IMG/VR virus record: IMGVR_UViG_3300025141_000863
Length of the DNA stretch: 22,144 bases
Origin: a virus
Strand: one strand, 5' to 3'
In this document: piece by piece, positions 1-7,800 of the stretch
How positions within the stretch are numbered: the stretch's first letter is position 1
Layout of the letters: each line of letters begins with the position of its first letter
The notes under the pieces: model-generated
What the model was told of the DNA's origin: nothing
The model's database searches: none
Seen by the model: the letters and a program-made list of their open reading frames with translations, nothing else
Translations under genes and position numbers: made by a program

Positions 1-48
1 ATTTATCGAATCATTTATCAATGCAGTTTTAAAAATAGATCAAAAAAA

Positions 49-83
49 TAATTCTTGACATTATTCTCAAATTTTGTTATTAT
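49..83 (+). promoter_or_regulatory. sigma70-type early promoter P1
   Basis: TTGACA 55-60, 17-bp spacer, TATTAT 78-83 preceded by TG at 75-76 (extended -10); A-rich UP-like tract upstream; points at ORF 125. Confidence 0.85.
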
Positions 84-124
84 AGAATAATGAAAATAAA
101 TTTAGGAAAGAGAGGAAAAATCAA

Positions 125-349
125 ATGTTTGAAAGTAGTAGGAGATTAGGTTATAATAAACCTATTGAATATTCACCTGATAGTAATGGTGCATTAGAGG
201 CAATAAGAGATTTAAATTATGAAATGAGAAACCCTTATAATGACGGATTTACTCAATCACATATGAAGCAAAGTTTATTAAAACTCAAAGCAGCAGTAAA
301 TAAGGCTTTAGTAGATGCTCCTCGATTCACAGGAGAAGATGATGATTAA
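125..349 (+). CDS. hypothetical protein (74 aa)
   Basis: ATG start with GAGG RBS about 9 nt upstream, directly downstream of P1; no recognisable motif. Confidence 0.7.
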   Translation: MFESSRRLGYNKPIEYSPDSNGALEAIRDLNYEMRNPYNDGFTQSHMKQSLLKLKAAVNKALVDAPRFTGEDDD

Positions 350-506
350 CAAAAAAGAACTTATTGCAGCAATTAAAGTATTAAGAAAAGAAGTAGAAAT
401 ACTAACATCAAGACTTGAACCCCAAGATACAGGGCATTTACACACAGCAATTAATGTAATTAATTCTCGTATTGATGAAATGATACTGCAGGCAAGTAAT
501 GGCTAG
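342..506 (+). CDS. hypothetical helical protein (54 aa; start revised from 315)
   Basis: AGGAG at 331-335 is 6 nt before ATG 342; overlaps upstream stop (347-349) and downstream start (499). Confidence 0.65.
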   Translation: MINKKELIAAIKVLRKEVEILTSRLEPQDTGHLHTAINVINSRIDEMILQASNG

Positions 507-741
507 AGTGGCGGAGCAAGAGGCAAGACTTAATTATTTAAGTGGTTTAATTCATGACCAAATTGAACCAAAAATTGTAGAAGAATATACTACATTGAAG
601 GCTTGGGATTTAAATAAACCAATGATGTCAGTAGAAGAGCATAAAAAAGAAATTTATGAAATGAACACTCAACTATACAGGGCATACAAGAGAATAAAAG
701 AATTAATGGAACAAGTGGAAAGATTAAAGAGTGGGGGATAG
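499..741 (+). CDS. hypothetical coiled-coil protein (80 aa)
   Basis: Overlapping ORF chain; C-terminal heptad-like stretch (EIYEMNTQLYRAYKRIKELMEQVERLK). Confidence 0.65.
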   Translation: MARVAEQEARLNYLSGLIHDQIEPKIVEEYTTLKAWDLNKPMMSVEEHKKEIYEMNTQLYRAYKRIKELMEQVERLKSGG

Positions 742-805
742 GTTTTATTTAGAACAAAGAGCTAAAACAGGCTACTGTATTGGCTCTTCAATTAGGAGAA
801 AAAGA

Positions 806-1150
806 ATGGCATGGGATGAAGATAAAAAGCAGTCTGCAATCGATATGTATACGGGCGAAGAAGCTACTCCAGAAACGAGTATGGAAATCGTTAAGGTTAT
901 AGCTGAAGAATTAGGTGAATCACCAAATGGTGTAAGAATGATTCTTACTAGAGCTGGCGTATATGTTAAGAAAAACCCTTCTAAAAGTAATAGTTCAGGA
1001 ACGACTGGTGGAGGCAGGCTAAGTAAAGCTGCTTGTCATCAGATGTTAGTTGAAGCTGTTACGGCAGTAGGTGGAAGTCTTGATATGAATATCATTGACA
1101 AGATTTCAGGCAAAGCAGCTAAGCATATAGCCGAACAAATATCAAATTAA
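806..1150 (+). CDS. D3: T5 D3-like protein (114 aa from ATG 806; in-frame GTG 731 would give 139 aa)
   Basis: SMEIVKVIAEELGESPNGVRMILTRAGVYVKK and IIDKISGKAA resemble T5 D3; AGGAG RBS at 794-798; syntenic position upstream of ligase. Confidence 0.8.
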   Translation: MAWDEDKKQSAIDMYTGEEATPETSMEIVKVIAEELGESPNGVRMILTRAGVYVKKNPSKSNSSGTTGGGRLSKAACHQMLVEAVTAVGGSLDMNIIDKISGKAAKHIAEQISN

Positions 1151-1155
1151 ATAAA

Positions 1156-1185
1156 GCGTAGGTATTTTAATACCTACGTCTTTTT
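1156..1185 (+). terminator. Rho-independent terminator after D3
   Basis: 9-bp stem CGTAGGTAT (1157-1165) / ATACCTACG (1170-1178), 4-nt loop, followed by TCTTTTT. Confidence 0.8.
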
Positions 1186-1314
1186 GCACCCAAAATTAAG
1201 ACCTAAAAATTTAGGATCAAAAATAACTGGTACAACCCTTAAATCCCAGCAGATTTTAAGAAGGAAAAGTTAGTGACACCATAGTTTAATATACATTAAA
1301 TTTAAGGTGTTCAA

Positions 1315-1593
1315 GTGGACAAAGAAAAATTTAAGGAGAGAGTGACAGAATGTGGAGATGCTGTAATTACTTATCGTAGTACAAACTCACGAAAGTTAAA
1401 ATACAATGTTTGCACTCTGGATTTCACTACTCCTCACATACAAAGAAAGCACAATCGTGCTAAAGAGAGTAAAGAAACAGTTCTACTGTTTTGTTGGGAT
1501 ACAGATTCCTATAGACTTTTGCGTCCTGCAAATGTAACAAGCATTGTCCCTTTGAACGCTATATTAAAAAACAAAGGTAGAGACGAATGGTAG
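1315..1593 (+). CDS. conserved T5-like hypothetical protein (T5.114 position), possible WYL_2/Sm-like fold
   Basis: GTG start after AAGGTG; FCWDTDSYRLLRPANVTSI resembles the WYL_2/DUF2693 C-terminal motif; lies between D3 and the PC4-like gene as in T5. Confidence 0.65.
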   Translation: MDKEKFKERVTECGDAVITYRSTNSRKLKYNVCTLDFTTPHIQRKHNRAKESKETVLLFCWDTDSYRLLRPANVTSIVPLNAILKNKGRDEW

Positions 1594-1895
1594 ATATATG
1601 GCAAGAACCTGAAATATACTCACGAATTATTCATGAAAAAGAAAACGGATTAGAACAAGTTCGTTTAACAATAAATACATTTAGAGATATAGAGTATATA
1701 CATTTAAGAAAGTATTACTTAGATTTTGAAGAAGAGTGGAAACCTTCAAAAGAAGGGATAGCTATGCCTTTAGATCTCACAAATTCCTACGAATTATTCG
1801 CAGCACTAGTAGAAATCTTATCTCTTGCAGAAAGCAAGGAGATGATACACAAACATTTTGGAAAACTTATAACCGAAGTTTATAATAGTTCTTGA
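1587..1895 (+). CDS. PC4/p15-like ssDNA-binding protein
   Basis: VRLTINTFRDIEYIHLRKYY...WKPSKEGIAM is the PC4 (KELP) signature; T5 encodes a PC4 homologue in this position. Confidence 0.85.
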   Translation: MVDIWQEPEIYSRIIHEKENGLEQVRLTINTFRDIEYIHLRKYYLDFEEEWKPSKEGIAMPLDLTNSYELFAALVEILSLAESKEMIHKHFGKLITEVYNSS

Positions 1896-1920
1896 CTTTC
1901 CCCTTAACTTTTTGTATAAT
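1886..1920 (+). promoter_or_regulatory. sigma70-type promoter P2 (ligase A)
   Basis: TTGACT 1892-1897, 17-bp spacer, TATAAT 1915-1920. Confidence 0.9.
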
Positions 1921-1945
1921 ATGTATATAAAATGAAAAAAAGGGA

Positions 1946-2956
1946 GTGAGCGTGAGCATTAAAAATCTACTAGAAAGAGCAAGTAAAGCATATTATGAGG
2001 GTAATCCAATTATGGAGGACTTTCAGTTTGATGAATTAGCTCATCAGTATAATTGGAATCAAGTTGGTTATTCCCCTACGGGTAAAGTATTCCATAAGAA
2101 ACGCTTACGAAGTTTACAAAAAGTTTTCGCAGGAAGCGGAAAAAATCCTTTAAACTCTTATCCCAATTCAGAAATTATAGAGACTCCAAAATTAGATGGA
2201 GCTTGTATTAGTTTACTTTATAAAGAAGGTTTGCTAGTTCAAGCTCTAACAAGAGGAGATGGTATCGAAGGAGTAGATATCACAGATAAAATATTTAATT
2301 CAAAATTAGTATCCGAACTCCTGTCCAACGTTTGTGTTGAGTGGGTGTATTCTTGGATACAGGTCACGGGAGAAGTCGTTGCTCCCAAAAACATACCTAA
2401 TTCCAGAAATTATGCTGCAGGTGCTTTAAACCTAAAGGATAATAAGGAATTTGACTCCCGTGATCTTTCTTTTATAGCATACGATTTTCAATGTGAAATA
2501 GAAACAGAAGGAGAATATATGGAAATATATGGAAACCGCAGTAAGTTATACGAAGATGATATGTATGTATTAGGTGTTTTTGGGTTTGATGTAATAACAG
2601 ATTCAGAGTGGGAAGAATTTCCACATGATGGTCGAGTATTCAGGCTTAATGATAATAAAGAATTTACAAAGCTGGGTTACACTTCACACCATCCTCGTGG
2701 AGCTTACGCACTCAAAGAACAACAAGAAATTCAACAAACAATTCTAAAGGACGTAATTTGGCAGGTTGGAAAAAGCGGTCAGGTATCGCCAGTAGCCATA
2801 CTAGAACCAGTCAAAATTGGGGGAGCGACAGTAAGTCGTGCAACCTTACATAATATCGCATATATTGAAGATTTAGGATTAGAAATTGGATCTCGGGTTA
2901 AAATAATTAGATCAGGAGAAATTATCCCTAGAATTGTAGGAGTTATTGAAAAATAA
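1946..2956 (+). CDS. ligA: NAD-dependent DNA ligase, subunit A (adenylation + OB domains)
   Basis: Ia-domain YY..D..FD, KLDG adenylation motif, ALTRGDG, SRATLHN, IIRSGEIIPRI. The second GTG at 1952 is better spaced from the GGGAG RBS and may be the true start. Confidence 0.95.
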   Translation: MSVSIKNLLERASKAYYEGNPIMEDFQFDELAHQYNWNQVGYSPTGKVFHKKRLRSLQKVFAGSGKNPLNSYPNSEIIETPKLDGACISLLYKEGLLVQALTRGDGIEGVDITDKIFNSKLVSELLSNVCVEWVYSWIQVTGEVVAPKNIPNSRNYAAGALNLKDNKEFDSRDLSFIAYDFQCEIETEGEYMEIYGNRSKLYEDDMYVLGVFGFDVITDSEWEEFPHDGRVFRLNDNKEFTKLGYTSHHPRGAYALKEQQEIQQTILKDVIWQVGKSGQVSPVAILEPVKIGGATVSRATLHNIAYIEDLGLEIGSRVKIIRSGEIIPRIVGVIEK

Positions 2957-2988
2957 TTCTTGACAATCGCGGTCTGATTTGATATAAT
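2954..2988 (+). promoter_or_regulatory. sigma70-type promoter P3 (ligase B/D5)
   Basis: TTGACA 2960-2965, 17-bp spacer, TATAAT 2983-2988. Confidence 0.9.
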
Positions 2989-3015
2989 ATATAAATAGTG
3001 AGAGAAATAGAATAA

Positions 3016-3792
3016 ATGTCAAGCACAACAATTTTACCACCAAAAAACTGTCCTAGTTGTAGTTCTACATTAGAATGGATAGGCGATCAGCTCTTTTGTA
3101 TGAGTAAAACTTGCCCAGCTAAAAGCACGAAATTGGTTGAACATTTTTCTAAGACTCTAAAAATTAAAGGTCTTGGACCTATGACAGTTAAGAAATTATC
3201 CCTAGATAGTATCAATAAGATTTATGAACTAGATTATGACTATGTAGAGAACTGTTTGGGCTCTAGTAAATTAGCTAAGAAATTAGTTGATGAGATAGAA
3301 AAAAGTAAGAACGCAGACTTACAAACTCTATTACCAGCGTTTTCTATCCCACTTTTTGGCAGATCAGCTTCCGAAAAATTATGTGGGACAGTTTCAGATA
3401 TTTCTGAGATAACAGCTGACTCATGTAAGAGAGCAGGATTAGGTCAAAAAGTTACGGATAATTTAATACAATGGCTCAAGAGCTTCAATCAGTATCAAAC
3501 TTTGCCTTTTAGTTGGAAAACGAAACCTTCAAAATGGGTTAGTAAAGAAAAAACAAAAGGCATTGTTTGTATATCTGGCAAACTAAACTCCTATAAGACT
3601 AAAGCTATCGCTAAAGAAATTTTAGAAGCGAATGGTTATATAGTAAATAGTAGTTTAACAAAAAATGTTTCGATTTTAGTTAATGAGAGTGGGATAAACT
3701 CTGCAAAAACTAAAAAGGCGGAACAAAACAACATAACAATAGTAAATAATATTAACGATTTAATCACAGGAGAAAATCATGGGTGTACCTAA
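3016..3792 (+). CDS. ligB: NAD-dependent DNA ligase, subunit B (Zn finger, HhH, BRCT)
   Basis: CPSC...C..C zinc finger, IKGLGP and IPLFGR HhH motifs, C-terminal BRCT (VCISGKL...GYIVNSSLTKNVSILV). Confidence 0.93.
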   Translation: MSSTTILPPKNCPSCSSTLEWIGDQLFCMSKTCPAKSTKLVEHFSKTLKIKGLGPMTVKKLSLDSINKIYELDYDYVENCLGSSKLAKKLVDEIEKSKNADLQTLLPAFSIPLFGRSASEKLCGTVSDISEITADSCKRAGLGQKVTDNLIQWLKSFNQYQTLPFSWKTKPSKWVSKEKTKGIVCISGKLNSYKTKAIAKEILEANGYIVNSSLTKNVSILVNESGINSAKTKKAEQNNITIVNNINDLITGENHGCT

Positions 3793-4504
3793 GTGGACAG
3801 ACGAGCGTACTGATACGCTAACAAACTTTGTAGGGAATGAAAGCCCTATAAGCCAAGCAACTGTAGCAGAAGCAGCAGATGAACTTGGCACTAGCCCTCG
3901 TTCAGTTTCTTCTAAATTGAGAAAAATGGGATTTGATGTCGAATTGGCATCTAGTGTCTCAACAAAAACTTTCTCAGATGAAGAAGAAGCAACACTTTCC
4001 GAGTTCGTAACTGGGAATAGTGGGCAATATACTTACGCTGAAATCGCAGCAGCTTTTGCTGATGGACATTATACAGCTAAGTCAATTCAAGGTAAGATTC
4101 TTTCTATGGAACTTACTGGACACGTCAAGCCTACTGAGAAACCTGCAAGCGTTAGAACATACTCACCAGACGAAGAGTCAACCTTCCTAGGAATGGTTGC
4201 AGATGGTGCGTTTGTTGAAGAAATCGCAGCAGCTCTCAATAGACCTATCAATTCTATTCGTGGTAAAGCACTTTCTTTCTTAAGAACTGGCGAAATTAAT
4301 GCTATTCCTAAACAAAAGGAAAGCCAAGCCGCTTCTAAAGTAGATGCTTTAACTGAACTTGGTGATATTAGCGACATGAATGTTGCTGACATTGCTGATG
4401 AAATTGGTAAAACTGAACGTGGTGTTAAAACTATGCTAACCAGACGCGGACTTACCGCAGCTGATTATGATGGTGCAGCACGCAAAGAAAGAGTAGCTAG
4501 CTAA
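3779..4504 (+). CDS. D5: T5 D5-like DNA-binding transcription regulator
   Basis: RSVSSKLRKMGF, GQYTYAEIAAA, QGKILSME, RGKALS, KTERGVKTMLTRRGL..DYDGAA match T5 D5; repeated HTH-like units. Confidence 0.92.
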   Translation: MGVPKWTDERTDTLTNFVGNESPISQATVAEAADELGTSPRSVSSKLRKMGFDVELASSVSTKTFSDEEEATLSEFVTGNSGQYTYAEIAAAFADGHYTAKSIQGKILSMELTGHVKPTEKPASVRTYSPDEESTFLGMVADGAFVEEIAAALNRPINSIRGKALSFLRTGEINAIPKQKESQAASKVDALTELGDISDMNVADIADEIGKTERGVKTMLTRRGLTAADYDGAARKERVAS

Positions 4505-4525
4505 GCTATTCATTCATCATTGAAA

Positions 4526-4557
4526 TCTAGAGAGATTCGTCTCTCTAGAATTTCTTT
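4526..4557 (+). terminator. terminator hairpin with UUCG tetraloop after D5
   Basis: Perfect 10-bp stem TCTAGAGAGA (4526-4535), TTCG loop, TCTCTCTAGA (4540-4549), then ATTTCTTT. Confidence 0.8.
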
Positions 4558-4578
4558 GACTAAATCTGGGAGAAAAAT

Positions 4579-5925
4579 TTGAATATTGCGTCTGCATTAA
4601 TCAATAAAATAATAATAGAGCAAGACACAGAGACTTGGGGTAACCTGCAACAGCATTACTTACCCCCAGATTATCAAGCTGTGCATAGAGCTATTAACAA
4701 ACATTTTGAGCAATATCTTGCTCTCCCAACTTTTGATGATCTAAAATTAGAACTCAGGGATCAGTCATTAAAAGAAAAAATTTACGCAATAGAATCCCTA
4801 GAAGTGGACTCAAATCCATATCAACTATTAGAATACCTAAAGAACGAATATACTCAGATAGAGATACTTGATGAGATGGACGACTATATTGAAAAATCAG
4901 CAGGTATGTCAACTGCTGATGAGAATATAGAATCTATAGAAGGAATAGTAATAAATCTAAGAAATAAAGTAGAAACAGACACAGAAACTATTAGTATGCA
5001 GAAGATAAGTGCTTTAGAAACTGAAGAAGAAATAGCAAATTATATACCACTAGGATTGAATGATGAATTTGATCAGAGAATGAGATTTACTAAAACAGAT
5101 TTAGTATTACTTGGTGGACGCAGAGGTAGTGGTAAATCTCTTACTTGTGCCAATATAGCTTTGAATCAATTTAATATAGGTAGAAGTTCTTTATACTTTA
5201 CAATAGAAATGACCAAAGAACAAACCTTTAGACGATTAGCAGCCTTAGGAGCAAACATACCATTAAACAGACTAAACAGTAGAATGTTAACCAAAAAAGA
5301 ATATCAAAAATTAGCCGAATGGCAAGCCGATAGATTTGAAGGTAGTAGTAGTGTTTTGATGGACTTTTATACTCATGCTGATTATGATAAGTTTCAAAGT
5401 GATGTTACAAAACTCCCATTAAGAGAAGATAAACAGATGGATATTGTATTCGATACTACACTAACGCTTGCAAAAATTAAAGCAGAAGTAGAGTATAGAA
5501 TGAATTATCTAGATTTGGGTGTTGTAATAGTTGATTATATTAATCAAGTCAGAAGATCAGCAGCTCCACATAAAAGTGGACAGTATGATTGGACTGAACA
5601 AATAGAGATTAGTAAAACTTTAAAACAATATTCTCAAGATTATGGAGTATTGTTCTTTTCTCCATACCAAACAGATAATACAGGAGAAGCAAGATTTGCA
5701 AAAGGTATTCTTGATGCAGCAGATGCGGCATATGCTTTAGAGACTTGGGATCCTACTGATAATTGTATTAGTTTTATCTGTAAGAAAATGAGAAACGGTC
5801 CAATGGAAAGTTTTACTAGTGAAATGGATTGGAGCACATTAAAAGTTGGACCAAAGAGTGCTTTAAACCCTAAAGAAAGATCAGAAATGCAAACAAAAAT
5901 GAATGAGGAGGTTCATGAGTTATGA
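4579..5925 (+). CDS. replicative DnaB-like (SF4) DNA helicase, T5 D6-like
   Basis: Walker A GGRRGSGKS, Walker B VVIVDYIN, FSPYQ, KKMRNG; TTG start with GGGAG RBS. Confidence 0.92.
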   Translation: MNIASALINKIIIEQDTETWGNLQQHYLPPDYQAVHRAINKHFEQYLALPTFDDLKLELRDQSLKEKIYAIESLEVDSNPYQLLEYLKNEYTQIEILDEMDDYIEKSAGMSTADENIESIEGIVINLRNKVETDTETISMQKISALETEEEIANYIPLGLNDEFDQRMRFTKTDLVLLGGRRGSGKSLTCANIALNQFNIGRSSLYFTIEMTKEQTFRRLAALGANIPLNRLNSRMLTKKEYQKLAEWQADRFEGSSSVLMDFYTHADYDKFQSDVTKLPLREDKQMDIVFDTTLTLAKIKAEVEYRMNYLDLGVVIVDYINQVRRSAAPHKSGQYDWTEQIEISKTLKQYSQDYGVLFFSPYQTDNTGEARFAKGILDAADAAYALETWDPTDNCISFICKKMRNGPMESFTSEMDWSTLKVGPKSALNPKERSEMQTKMNEEVHEL

Positions 5926-6287
5926 AATTAATAGTTAAAAGAATAAAGAAAGGTATGCACGGTTTATTTGCAGACGAACCAATAAACAAGGGTAATATAA
6001 TCCTTATACTAAAAGGTACGACTCTGCCGATATCAACCAAAACTTCTATAAGAATAAGGAGTAAAAATATCGAGCACTATGAGGGCGGTTATATGAACCA
6101 TCATTGTAATCCTAGTGCAAAAATAATAGTAATCGATGATTGTCTAGAAGGTATTGTAGTTGCAGAACGAGACATTCTTGAAGGAGAAGAAGTCACGTTT
6201 GATTATAATACTACAGAGCCAATATTATCACACCCATTTCAGTGCGATTGTCACGGAAGATGGATAAAGGGGTTTACACACTTATGA
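5922..6287 (+). CDS. SET-domain protein, putative lysine methyltransferase
   Basis: HGLFA (motif I), YMNHHCNPS (NHxC motif III), AERDILEGEEVTFDY (motif IV with catalytic Tyr), post-SET-like FQCDC; ATGA overlaps at both ends. Confidence 0.88.
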   Translation: MKLIVKRIKKGMHGLFADEPINKGNIILILKGTTLPISTKTSIRIRSKNIEHYEGGYMNHHCNPSAKIIVIDDCLEGIVVAERDILEGEEVTFDYNTTEPILSHPFQCDCHGRWIKGFTHL

Positions 6288-6832
6288 AAGTAATTAGTTA
6301 TTTTACTCCAAATTATAGTGTAATAGTTCCAAACTATGTGGAATCTATGGACAAATATAATGTGAGTTATAGAATTGAAGAATACCCTAGTAGAGATACT
6401 TGGGAAGAAAACTGTGCAATTAAACCAGAGTTTATTGAGTCAATGTTAAATGAAGAAGAAGATGATTTATTTTATTGTGACGTTGATGCAGAATTTGTAA
6501 GAATACCAAATTGGGAAGAATTTAAAGGAAAAAATCAAATGGGATTTTGTGTAGCACAATTACATCCACCTAAATGGGAGTTAATGTCTGCAGCTATGTA
6601 TCTTCCTAATAATGATAGTACAAAAGAAATTATTGGAAAATGGAAAGAGCATCAACTAGATAATCCTACAGTATGGGATCAAATCACTTTAGCAGAAACA
6701 CTAAATAAATACTGTCAAAGGTGTTGGTTTCAAATGAACTTAAAGTATTGTGCTATTGATTTTTTAAATATAGTAAATCCAGTCATACTACAGAAACAGG
6801 CATCAAGAAATCGTGAAGAAACGAGGGCATAA
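6284..6832 (+). CDS. GT-A fold nucleotide-diphospho-sugar transferase-like protein (182 aa; start revised from 6242)
   Basis: W..N..IKP..I, LFYCDVDA (DxD), MSAAMY...IIGKW, WDQ, QASR resemble GT77/GT34-like enzymes; ATG 6284 overlaps the SET stop. Confidence 0.72.
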   Translation: MKVISYFTPNYSVIVPNYVESMDKYNVSYRIEEYPSRDTWEENCAIKPEFIESMLNEEEDDLFYCDVDAEFVRIPNWEEFKGKNQMGFCVAQLHPPKWELMSAAMYLPNNDSTKEIIGKWKEHQLDNPTVWDQITLAETLNKYCQRCWFQMNLKYCAIDFLNIVNPVILQKQASRNREETRA

Positions 6833-6835
6833 ATA

Positions 6836-6943
6836 ATGGATTCGTTTCTTCAAAAATTTTTAAAAGTATTAACGTTTTGGGTGTTCTTTTTTTTCTTTTT
6901 GGGTATATTTGCATTTTTATTTTATACATTGGCAAACGCATGA
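6836..6943 (+). CDS. 35-aa Phe-rich single-TM micro-protein (not in ORF track)
   Basis: Hand translation MDSFLQKFLKVLTFWVFFFFFLGIFAFLFYTLANA*; starts 3 nt after the GT stop and its TGA overlaps the primase ATG. Confidence 0.6.
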   Translation: MDSFLQKFLKVLTFWVFFFFFLGIFAFLFYTLANA

Positions 6944-7800
6944 ACGTAGAAGAATTAATACAGAAAAAGAAGTTAGGATACCTGCAACAAGGTGGAGATT
7001 TTGTCATACATTGTTTAAATCCAGATCATGATGATAGTAATCCTTCTATGAGAATTGATAAAATTACTGGAATATTTCATTGTTTTTCTTGTGGATATAA
7101 AGGAAATATATTTAAGTATTTTGATACACCAGTATCATTTCTAGAACAGAAAAGAGCTAGAATGAAACAAAAGATTAGTGATAAACTGGTTGAAAATGTG
7201 GGACTAGAAATGCCTAAAAACTTCCTGCTTTACAAGGGGAATTTTAGAGGTATAAAACCTGAAACATATATTAAATATGGAGCATTTACACATCATGAAC
7301 CACAATATGTTGGAAGGGTAGTCTTTCCAATTAAGGATATTACAGGCAGAATAACGGCTTTTATAGGTAGACATATGGATAGTACAGTTGTCCCTAAGTA
7401 TATGATATTCCCACCTAAAGCTAAGATGCCTTTATTCCCTTCACATGCCAGACCAATTTTAGGTAGGGTAGTATTAGTTGAAGGAATTTTTGACGCAATT
7501 AATCTTTTAGATAAAGGATTACCTAATGCGATGTGTTGTTTTGGAACTAGAACTATAGATATTTATAAATTATCTATACTAAAAGTTCAAGGAGTAAGTG
7601 GAGTAGATATTCTTTTCGATGGGGATACAGCAGGACAAGAGGCAGCAGAGAATGTAGCAGAACTCTGCGATCAAGTAGAATTATTATCAGAAGTAGTGAG
7701 AATGGATCAAGGATTAGATCCTGGCGCACTACCTGAAAACCGAGTAACAAATTTAAAGGAGTGGTTATATGGAGAACCAGACAAGAGTAGCATTAATTGA
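6940..7800 (+). CDS. DNA primase (CHC2 Zn finger + TOPRIM); start revised from 6877
   Basis: HCLNPDHDD...FHCFSCG zinc finger, LVEGIFDA and FDGD TOPRIM motifs; ATG 6940 in ATGA overlap. Confidence 0.93.
   Translation: MNVEELIQKKKLGYLQQGGDFVIHCLNPDHDDSNPSMRIDKITGIFHCFSCGYKGNIFKYFDTPVSFLEQKRARMKQKISDKLVENVGLEMPKNFLLYKGNFRGIKPETYIKYGAFTHHEPQYVGRVVFPIKDITGRITAFIGRHMDSTVVPKYMIFPPKAKMPLFPSHARPILGRVVLVEGIFDAINLLDKGLPNAMCCFGTRTIDIYKLSILKVQGVSGVDILFDGDTAGQEAAENVAELCDQVELLSEVVRMDQGLDPGALPENRVTNLKEWLYGEPDKSSIN

Noticed and set aside
90-149. Possible leaderless 19-aa ORF (MKINLGKRGKIKCLKVVGD) at the predicted P1 TSS; 5-aa mini-ORFs after P2 (1932-1949) and P3 (2998-3015)
   Set aside because: Short ORFs are expected by chance in AT-rich leaders and they share no sequence; no support without Ribo-seq.
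1932-1948. A7 run before ligA as a frameshift site extending ligA from ATG 1932
   Set aside because: GTG starts with a GGGAG RBS already give a complete N-terminal Ia domain.
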